64,000 nt of DNA from the human T2T-CHM13v2.0 reference genome, Homo sapiens. The stretch's first letter is position 1. Each line of letters starts with the position of its first letter. The position numbers and the translations under genes are program-made. Location: NCBI RefSeq assembly GCF_009914755.1, contig NC_060937.1; one strand, 5' to 3'. Under the pieces are notes generated by a model that was not told where the DNA came from, searched no databases, and was given only the letters and a program-made list of their open reading frames with translations. Shown here one piece after another: positions 50,991 through 64,000 of the stretch.

Positions 50991-51189
50991 GCAATTCTCC
51001 CTCCTCAGCTTCCCAAGTAGCTGGGACAACAGGCACATGCCACCACACCTGGCTAATTTTTGTATTTTTTGTAGAGATGGGGTTTTGCCGTGTTCCCCAG
51101 GCTGGTCTCAAACCCCTGAGCTCAAACAATCTGCCCGCCTCAGCTTCCCAAAGTGCTGGGATTACAGGCGTGAGCCACCATGCATGGCC
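50991..51189 (-). mobile_element. AluJb-like 5' two-thirds
   Basis: begins abruptly at GCAATTCTCC; no tail attached. Confidence 0.9.
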
Positions 51190-51899
51190 TTATTGCATAT
51201 TTCAATATAACTAAAAGATGGAATTGGAATGTTCCTAACACAAAGAAATGATAATGCTTGAGGTGATGGATATCATTACACATTATATGCTTGTATCAAA
51301 GTTTCACATGTACCCCATAAATATGTAGAACTATTATGTATCCATAAAAAATAAAAAAAATTAAATAACATGTGGTACATAAAATGGAGGACTGGGGCAA
51401 GTATTAGTTCATAAAAACAGGAGTGGGCTGGAGCCCCTGCTGCTACCAAATGTTGCCTGAGATGACGCTGCTTTTGGAGAAGTGCAGGCTTTGGAAAGGA
51501 GGGAGACAGATCCAGCCTGTTTCAGCAGCTGAGCCAAATCGCTTGCTGGATCTATGCAAAGAGTATTAGAGAGGCTACCCCTGGGTTGTGGGCCCAGAGG
51601 GTCAGAGAAAGGCAGTCACAAAAATTCCAGGCAGGGAATGATGTTTCAGTCAGTTATTGCTGTGTAGCACCCACCTCAAACCACTGTGGCTTAAAATAAT
51701 ACTCCTATTCTTTATTCATGAGTCTGCAATTTGACAAGGTTCAATGGGGATGCCTCGTGGTGCCAGCTGAGGTGACTCAGTGGGGCTAGAGGAGGCATTT
51801 TCAGGTTGGCTCATTTACATGTGGGCCTTTTGGTGAAGTGACTTCCTCACAGCATGGTGGCTGGGTTCTAAAGCAACTGCTCTAAGAAATAAGAATAAA

Positions 51900-52120
51900 A
51901 GTCCAGGTGCAGTGGCTCATGCCTGTAATTCCAGCACTTTGGGAGGCTGAATCAAGAGGATCACTTGAGCACTTGAGCCCAGGAGTTCGAGACCAACCTG
52001 TTGTGCAACATGGCAAAACCCATCTCAAAGAAAGGAAGGAAGGAAGGAAGGAAGGGTGGGAGGGAGGGGAAAGAAAGAAATGGAGAAAAAAGAAAGAAAA
52101 AGAATAAAAGGGAAACAAAA
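51900..52120 (+). mobile_element. Alu left monomer followed by (GGAA)n purine tract
   Basis: GTGGCTCATGCCTGTAATTCC...; GGAAGGAAGGAAGG. Confidence 0.8.
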
Positions 52121-53149
52121 AACCTTTTTATTCCAAGTGCATCTGAAAAATAAAAATCAAACTGCATGATGAAATCTAATGCCCAGAAAGCAGCCAAGAG
52201 TTTAAGGTTCAAGATAGAGGACGGAGTCTAACCCCAGCTTCTCCTCCTTCTAAACATCATTAAGATAATATTTTATGAACTCGTAAATCCATAAGGATGA
52301 AGAAAATGGGAGAAATGACAAGGAACAAAATTTCAGCATTTCTAAGGCAGAATGAGAAAGGACTCAGAGACTTAAAAAATAAGACCAAGGCCTGAGCCAA
52401 TAGTGAGGAAATCCAGAAACTACCATGATTTAAATCACACATTGCAAAAAGGCTCAGAAATTGGCTACTTCTATAACCTGAGAAGTGCAGGGTGCACATA
52501 GGGGAATACCTCAAATAGAGTAGACTGTTGAAAGTATGTTAAAAAAGAAACCTGTCACCAAAATGCTCTTCCTTACTTTACAAAGCTATTCAACAGCCCT
52601 CCCAACATCCCAGTCAAAAACTTAAGGTTTGTTCTCTGGAGAAAGTGAAACAGACTATCTTGGACTGAAACATATTAGGCAGGATTGAGGATGCGGATAT
52701 TGTATTGAAAAGAGGTAGATTAAATAAATAAGTGCCTACTGCATGCTGAGATGCCAGGAGGAGATTGGAACACTTTCCCTGGAGAAAATGTCCATGTCCA
52801 TTTCAAGAAGAAAACTCTAAAGATATTGACACCAAATAATCCACAAAAAAGTGGCCCAGCCAGATGATCTTAAGGTGAATCCACTCTACCTAATTGCTTG
52901 AAGCTTCCCATCAGCTATTAGCTTTTCATTCTTCAATATAGGCAGTCAAATTGCCATTCACCTGAGGAAATCTTCTAACCTGAAGTATATAGACCAAAAT
53001 AAATAAAGAAGAAAAAAATCAACTTAGAGGAAACAGGGTTTATGCAGGAGGAGTTTTAAAATTCTACCATGAGTTTTCCTGGAAAAATAAAAGATATTGC
53101 ACCCAAGAAATAAGAAGAGATGAGGATAATGCTATTTCTCTCCCTCTTT

Positions 53150-53475
53150 AGTTTTTTGGTTTGTTTCTTTGCTTGTTTAAGACATACAGTTTCACTCTGT
53201 CACCCAGGCTGGAGTGCAGTGGCCCAATCACAGCTCACTGTAGCCTTCACCTCTGAGGATCAAGCAATCCTCTTGCCTCAGACTCCCAAGTAGCTCAGAC
53301 TAGGACACCAGGTGTGTACCACCATGCCCAGTTAACTTAAAAAAAAAATTTTTTTTAGAGATGGGGTCTGGCTATGTTGCCCAGACTTGGTGTCAAACTC
53401 TTGGCCTCAAGTGATCCTCCCACCTGGGCCTTCCAAAGCGCTGGGACTACAGGTGTGAGCCACCACACCTGACCT
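53150..53475 (-). mobile_element. AluJ-like within an old L1 5' region
   Basis: reverse dimer. Confidence 0.85.
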
Positions 53476-54442
53476 TGAGAATGCCAATTCTAAAGAAAAA
53501 AACAGAGAACAAAAAGAAAATTTTTAAAAAATACGACAACAGAAATGAAAAATTCATAGAAGAAATGGATACAAAGCTAAGGAACTCTTTCCTCAAAAAA
53601 GACCAAAAAATTAAAGATATAGAAATCAGGCAAAGAAATAGTTTTTTTTTTTTTTAATTAGATAACCAGACCAGGAGGTACCACACCTTAATAATGTACT
53701 TTCTGGTGGATGAGGTGAGTGAGAAGGAGACAGAGGGAAAAATATATAATAATAAAATAATCCAAGAGAATTTCCCAGAACTACATGAGTTTCCCGACTG
53801 AAAATGCTTGTTGGATACATGAGACAACAATAGTTGAAAATAGATTCACACCAAGATACATTATCATGAGGATAAAGGAACATCCCACAGAGAGAAAAAA
53901 AAATTATATCAAAACTAAAGGATTAGAGATCAGAATGGCCTTAGGTTTCTCAAATATTGATTGAAGACAATGAAGCAATGTTTTTTAAATTCTGAAATTT
54001 ACTCCCTACCTAGACTATTATACCCAGCCAAATTATTAATAAAGTGTGGAGGTAGAATAAAGCCTTTTCAGACACGTCTCAGCGAGCTTTTGCTGCATAA
54101 AGAACAACCACAAGCCCTCAAAGACATACATGTTATGCATTTGTATCCTTCTTATGTGTCTAATCTATAGACACATAAGCAAGGAGATGACTCTCCTTCA
54201 GGCTCTGGGTCTGCAAGTCACAGTGAGGCTCTGATTCATACGTAAATGCTGAATATTGATGTAAGCAAAATTGCACTATAACTATATTTGAAGAATGAGG
54301 GGATGGAAGGGGAAGGAAAGAAAGCTGAATCCTTACTCCGGAGACAGAGTAGCATAGTAGTTGAGAACATAAGCTGTGGAGCTAAACACCTGGGTCTCAA
54401 TCCCAACTCAGCCACTTCACATGCATGATCTTGAGCACATTA

Positions 54443-54977
<535 letters not shown>

Positions 54978-55639
54978 TCAAGAAGTAACCATTCAATTAT
55001 ATTATTTACAGACCTGGACATAAATACCAAAATAATTATCTAGGAGGTGAAGTGGTTGCCACTGAGGAAAAGGGAAAAAGGCGGGGGCACAGGACTGTTG
55101 TTTCTCAACAAAATTGTGGAGTTGGTTTATTCTTGTGTGCATTATAACTTGGAGAAAAGTAAAAACTGAAAACAAGGAAAGATGAAAAGAGGAAAGATGC
55201 CAAACCATGAATGAGGAACATAAGCATATTCATTTGATGGTGGAAGGTCAAAATGGTTCTAAAATGTTAAAAATGAAATGAAGACATCCAAATATTGAGT
55301 CCCGGCAGCACACAGAAGGTGTCTATAGAAGGAAAAAGTCATTAATTTTCACTTAATCCAAGAGACAATAATGGATTTGTAATAAGAAAATGCAACAGTA
55401 ATGTCAGACTGCCATAGTACAGTACTCACTAATACCTAATGCACTGCTCCAGGCCTCCCTCCCTGCCTCCTCTCATTCCTGGCCCATTAAATATCCTGTG
55501 AATATTCATAGGCACAATGCATTGTTTGCTTTTTCATATTAAACTGTTTCATATCAAAACATGAAATAAATCTGTGGGCTTAAAGCAATCATATTCTATC
55601 CTTTTTAAATTAGTGTCATTCTCCAACAACCTTTCTTTT

Positions 55640-55915
55640 ATTTATTTAATTAATTTTTTTTTTTTTTGAGACGGGGTTCTGTTGCCCGGGCTGGAGTGCA
55701 GTAGCACCATCATAGTTCATGGCGGCCTCAAATTTCTGGGCTTAAGGGATCCTCCCGCCTCAGCTTCCTGAGTAGCTAGGACTACAGGCACCACCACATC
55801 CAGATATGAGGTCTGCTATGTTGCCCAGGCTGGTTTCTAACTTCTGGGTTCAAGTGATCCTCCCCCCTCAGTCTACCAAAGTGCTGGGATTATAGATGTG
55901 AGCCACAGAGCCCAG
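55640..55915 (-). mobile_element. AluJ-like with deleted central linker
   Basis: arms joined without the A-rich linker. Confidence 0.8.
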
Positions 55916-56009
55916 TACAACTTTTATTTTCTAATAGGTTTATTCTCACCAGTTCAAATAAACAAATAATTGATCAATCAATCCCTGAAAAACTTGTCAT
56001 TAAAAATAA

Positions 56010-56344
<335 letters not shown>

Positions 56345-58415
56345 TTACTCCATATAAAATTAATATTATAGAATAGCCTGACAAAAACACATATAAATAT
56401 GTTTAGATTTTTAGAGGAAAATGAAGATACAACTTCAATTAAAAATGAAAAACTACCAGAAATAAAACAAAAATAGATGGTATTTTAAAAGAAGTCATTA
56501 AAAATTTTAGAAATAAAAAATACCATAGAAATAAAATGTGTAACAAATGGAATAAGCTCTAGACCTGACATAGTCAAAGACAAAGTTGCTGAATTGAAAA
56601 TAAAAGTGAGAAATTCACTCGGAATGCAATACAGAGAGGCAATTAAAAAATCAATGAAAACTAAAAAGGCTTAGAAGTACGATTGAGATGTTCCAAAAAT
56701 TGTCTAACAGGAGTTCCAAAATAAAATAAGGGAGGGCATGACAGAGGAGAAACATTTAAAGAAATAATCACAGATAGTTTTTCAGAATTAAAGAAACACA
56801 TTCTCATACATGTTGTGTACTAAGCAGGAAAAAATAATAATAAATTGCACACCCAAAGACTTATAGTGAAACTTGAGAACATTAAGGATAAAGGTACAAT
56901 CCTCAAAACCATGATAGGAAAAAAGATATATTATCTACCAAGGAATTTCAATAGGCTTCTTATCAGAACAGTAAATGCCAGAAGGTAATGAGGTAATACC
57001 TTCAAAGCACTGAGAGAAATGACTGGGTAGGTACTATTAATATCTATGCAGGAGTAAGTAAACTAAGATATTGGTAAGTTAAGTAACTCTCCAAATTCCA
57101 GGATCCAAGATCCAACTCTGAAGATTCACAGGTGGGATGCAAACCCAGACAGTCTTAGCTCCACCATCAAGATTCTTAGCTACTAACTTATACTGCATTA
57201 ATAGGAATATAAGGATAACTTATATTATAAAAGCAATAATCCACCAAGCAACGTGGTTCTTAACAACAGCTAGGGTAAATATTTAACAACAAAAAAATAA
57301 GTTATGGTGCTGTCACACAACAGAACACAATACAGCAGTTAAAATGAATAAACAGTATCTATAGCAATAGGAATGTACCTCAAAAATATAATGCAGCATA
57401 AATCAGGAACATAGCCTACACCCCTGGACCCTTTAACTAAAAATGATTAAAAGATTGATAAGAAGCATCAAAGGTGATGGTTAAATAGGTTTCTTCTAAA
57501 AAAAGTTTCTCCTGGGAAATTTACCTATTTACATCTTTTCAACAACTCTGAATGAGAGAAAGAAATCTTAGAGTCTATCCTTTGGACTGAGAAGGTTTAA
57601 GGCTTCTGAAAGTGTGAATGGGCTAACGATCTGGTCAGACCTGTAGAGGAGAGATGAAAAAATGAAACGGACACTTAATGCAAAATCCAGATGATCCCAT
57701 TTATAACTGACCGCTCAGCCTTTCGACTGTAATCACTGGTACTTAATTTGTGATCCATCCCCCTTGAGTCTTCTGCTGACCTGTGAAAAAAGTGCAACAA
57801 GATCCTCTTATAGTTGTCAGAAACAAGAAAAAAGTAGAAATCAAGAGTGAATTTAAGTTTACTCATAAGGGGTTATATTAGGAAGCTAAAAACCTTTGGC
57901 AGCAGCCACCAATAAGATGACCTCATAATGTGCGACAATCTTTGGACTCTCAACTGTGAATATTTGTTCAAATGAATAGTTTGATATGATATCTCCAGTT
58001 GAGCTGAAGACAGGTAACAAATGTCAAATATGGTAGTTTTTCTCCAACTATTTAATGACTAAACAATTAATACTACTTTTGAATTTAAAAAGGAAATTTT
58101 GTGTTTGGATTGTTGAGGCTATTTTATCAGCAGCCTCCTAATTAGTCCTCTGGTCTGGAGTCTGGTCTCCCTAATGTCCACGGGGAATACCAGGGCTAAG
58201 ATATTCTCACTACACGTTCCTCCAGCACCACACGCCACAAATACGCTTTGGTAACGTCTGTCTTCTTAGCTAGACTAAAAATTTGCTCATGGCAGGGACT
58301 ATTGCCTTATCTTCAGAGTTCTAACGTTAATGCTAGATTCAATTGGAGTTCAAAAAGTGTGTGTTTGGTAAATTTAAAAAACTCAAAAAATTGGGTGAAA
58401 TGTAATACTAGAGAA

Positions 58416-58434
58416 CGCTAGTAGGTGGCGCCAT
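58416..58434 (+). promoter_or_regulatory. CTCF-like motif
   Basis: CGCTAGTAGGTGGCGCCAT with retained CpGs in AT-rich DNA. Confidence 0.6.
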
Positions 58435-59731
58435 GTTTTGTTTATGAGCTGAAGAAAGAAAAATCTCCAGATAGTTGAGAAAAGAAACTCAAGACACAGG
58501 GGTATTTAGATCACAAAACCAACCTTACTAAATGAAATACTTACCTAGGTACCTGGAAAAAGATGTACTGCCCAAGGAGCCCCTGTGAGAAAATCTAGCT
58601 GCTCATGAGAAGTTCCTTTTTGACAAGTACTTTTCTGAAAGTTTTAGGGACCAGAGTTTAATTTATACCGTTGTGTGGGGTCAGTAACCCTTTCCATAGT
58701 TAATTTTAGACGTTAACGTGTTCATTAGAAAAAGCTTTGTGTAAATTGGCATCTTGTGAAATTACAATAAAACCGTGCACAGACTTAAAATAATCTAAGT
58801 ATAAAAATTCCTTATACTTTAATGTAAGAAAAATACCTACATATCTTCTAAACTATGGAACCTAAGTACAGGTGGTTTAGAAATATCTGCAGATATACGA
58901 AGTTTTTAAACTTGACTTTGGTGCCAAAAGAACATGGAGGCTGCCTGGATGTCTAAATTCTCTCTCTGTTCCTGGGAAGTCCAAAGCCTAGGTAATTAAT
59001 GAATTACTCAACTCCTATGTACCCAGGGATTAAGTGTTAAGTGAACCAGTTTTTAAATCCCTTCCGGAAGGAGAGAATTCTAAATGTTTTTTAAAAAGTG
59101 GGTAGGCTTGGTAGTCAGGGAACAATTTGATTTAACAAACATTTATTAATTGCCCCCTTACATTAAGCAGCATCTATTAAAACATAATGAGTTTTATTTT
59201 TTAGTTATAAAGATACTTGTACAGCACTATAAAATTTAGAAAGGAGAATGAGAAAGCCATAATGCAACCATCCAAGGATAATTGCTATTAACATTGTGCT
59301 ATACTTCAATCTAAAATTTTTCCCTACATTTTTTTAAACCTAAATTTTAAACCTCTTTATATATAACTCTTTTTTTTAAAGAGATGGGGTCTTGCTTTGT
59401 TGCCCAGGCTGGTCTCAAACTCCTGACCTCAACCAATCCTCTCCTCTTGGCCTCCCAAAGAGCTGGAATTACAGGCATGAACCACCGTACCAAGCCCTTC
59501 ATAATATATAATTTTTTTCACCTGACATTTTAACAAAATTATTTCTCATATTACAAAAAAATCTTTCTAAACCAAATTTTTAATTTTGAGTATGAATATA
59601 CAGACTTTTAAGGCTTTGCCATCAGTTGTCAAATTAACCTACAGGAAGGTTCAATCAGTTTACAAACCCACCAATAAAATATAAAAATTTCCACTTCTAC
59701 ACATCTCCAACAAACTAGATATTAAGAATCA

Positions 59732-60022
<291 letters not shown>

Positions 60023-60084
60023 AAGAATCATTTAAATATTTGCCAAAATGATACACAAAGCTTATTATCTGGAGTTTTTCTCTA

Positions 60085-60400
60085 TTTTCTTTCTTTCTTT
60101 CTTTCTTTTTTAACAGACAAGGTGTCACTGTTGTCCAGGCTGCAGTGCAGTGGCATGATCATAGCTTACTACAGTCTTGAAATCCTGGGCTTAATCAATC
60201 CTCCTGCCTCAGCCTCCTAAGTAGCTAGGACTTACAGACACATGCACCTGGTTAATTAAAAAATTTTTTTGTAAAGAGAGGGTTGAGACCAGTCTAGGCA
60301 GCAGGCTCCAGGCTGGTCTCAAACTCCTGCCCTCAAGTGATCCTCCTGCCTCAGCTTCCCAAAGTCCTGGGATCACAGGTGTGAGCCACCATGCTCGGCC
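60085..60400 (-). mobile_element. AluJ-like
   Basis: reverse dimer with an internal inverted patch. Confidence 0.85.
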
Positions 60401-61176
60401 TTCCCTATTGTCTACCTTATGAGTTAGAGTTATCATCTTTCATATGCTTGATGATAGTTTATATTACTCCTTTTATAAATTTTCTATTCAATTTTTAAAC
60501 TTTTTTCTACTAGCATTTTTGTCTTTTTCTTTATTTGTAAGAACTCTTTGTATTTTAAAGGCATTAATTCTTTGTCTTATGTGTCGAGATTTTTGAGGTT
60601 TTCAATGTATTGGAAGTTTTCAGTTTTTAGATAGTTGTTTTTTTATGATTTCTACTTGTGATATCATGCTTAGGAAGGAATTCTCTACCTCAATACTATG
60701 TTTATCTATATTTGTTTCTAGTTTAAAATTACTTCTTTTAAAATATTTAATACACCTGGAGTTTATTTGGTACAAGGAACGAGGCAGTAATCTACATTTT
60801 TATTTTCTTACCAAATGCTTACCCACTTAACACCATTTATTAGTCGCTCAACCCAATTAAAGTGTCATCTTCATCATATAGTAAATACAACATACTTAGA
60901 TTTGTATATGGATATCTATTTTATTCCACTTATTTGTTTGTCTATTCTGGCCCTGGAATCATACTGTTTGATTGTAAATATATGACAAGTTTTACCATCT
61001 ATTAGGGCAAATTTCCCCTGGTTAAATTTTTTTCAAAAACTTTAAAAATATTCTAATCCATGTATTTATCTAGATAAATTTTAGAAACATACAATAATGT
61101 TCTCTAAAAAAAAGTATTCTGTTGGAATTTTAAATGAAGTGTCATTATATATGCATATTAACTTGGGAAAAATTGA

Positions 61177-61533
<357 letters not shown>

Positions 61534-61592
61534 TAAAGTTCTTCAAGAGTTTTTTAGTTTTTTTTCCTACAGGTCCTGCATACTTCTTGTAA

Positions 61593-61927
<335 letters not shown>

Positions 61928-62409
61928 CCTAGATTTTTTAAATAGTCGTATGTGGGATAATTTTTAAAATTATATTCCTAACCATTTATTGTTGGTAATG
62001 GTATTTTGGGCATAAGTTTCTGTATTTGTTAAATTGTCTTTTTAGGAAAGACCCCAAGAAATGGAATAACTTAGTTTAAGACTATGGATGCATTGAATAA
62101 CTTTTGCCAAGTTGTTTTAAAATTTAAATCACAATTAAAATAAGTGAGAGTGCCCATTTCATACCTTGCACTATCCAGTGTTACTTTTGTAGATCAATAA
62201 TTAATTGGTTTGAGGGAAATAGTATGTTTTTGTTTTTATTTACTTTTTTTACTACCTGTGAAGATGAACATTTGTCCATAAGTTTCAGCTATTTTTCAGT
62301 CATCTGCATAAAAGACATGTCCCTGACACAAACTGTATTTGCAGAACTGAAATACCACTGACTGAGCCAACAGAGGTGATCTAGTTGAGTGATTGTCTGC
62401 AAGGTGAAG

Positions 62410-63494
<1,085 letters not shown>

Positions 63495-63669
63495 TTAATC
63501 TAATTCATAATATTTACTAATAGATCTAGGAAGATAGAGCATTTGATTATCTCAATAAATGCTGAAAAAACTTTGATACAATTCAACACCCATTCATAAA
63601 ACTTCTTGAGAAAACAGAAAAGGAATAATGTTTCCTTAACCTGCTACATTAACCATTCCTTTCTATTTG

Positions 63670-64000
63670 CTTTCTTTTCTTTTTTTTATTTTTATTTTCT
63701 TTTTTATTTTATTATTATTATACTTTAAGTTTTAGGGTACATGTGCACAACGTGCAGGTTTGTTACATATGTATACATGTGCCATGTATACATAATGCAC
63801 CCATTAACTCGTCATTTAGCATTAGGTATATCTCCTAATGCTATCCCTCCCCGCTCCCCACACCCCACAACAGTCCCCAGTGTGTGATGTTCCCCTTCCT
63901 GTGTCCATGTGTTCTCATTGTTCAATTCCCACCTATGAGTGAGAACATGCGGTGTTTGGTTTTTTGTCCTTGCGATAGTTTGCTGAGAATGATGGTTTCC
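63670..64000 (-). mobile_element. Young L1PA (L1PA3-like) 3' end, cut by window end
   Basis: TTATACTTTAAGTTTTAGGGTACATGTGCACAACGTGCAGG...CATTAACTCGTCATTTAGC. Confidence 0.93.

Larger units (their letters stand above)
49654..50994. other. Inverted segment (~1.34 kb)
   Basis: two repeats are broken at the same points and rejoin when the segment is flipped; Alu TSD halves lie in opposite orientation. Confidence 0.85.

Noticed and set aside
52028-52120. (GGAA)n tract as an ETS-fusion response microsatellite
   Set aside because: Only about five consecutive units; derived from an Alu A-rich tail.
62250-62400. Possible upstream exon of the minus-strand relic
   Set aside because: Partly L1-like sequence, and its phase does not fit the next exon.

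Overview
Primate (human-like) genomic DNA dominated by Alu, L1, L2, MIR, LTR and DNA-transposon relics. No intact protein-coding gene is visible; almost all listed ORFs are repeat-derived or random. Four things stand out. (1) A U6 snRNA::HNRNPA1 chimeric retrocopy (17874-18906) inside a single target-site duplication; its junction matches the exon-7b (A1B) isoform. (2) A ~1.34 kb inversion (49654-50994) that can be reconstructed from the sequence alone, because flipping it rejoins a broken Alu-in-L1 (with its TSD) and a broken LTR33-like element. (3) A chain of minus-strand exon-like islands (58987 down to 49125) with canonical splice sites and 71-87 bp introns but many stop codons, i.e. a candidate decayed multi-exon gene I cannot name. 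(4) An ~8 kb transposon-free block (about 9000-17100) whose first ~3 kb retains CpGs and carries a dense AATGCGC motif cluster; homeodomain and CTCF-like sites across the block suggest regulatory DNA. Repeat subfamily calls are from recall of consensus sequences, and their boundaries are approximate unless a TSD is quoted.
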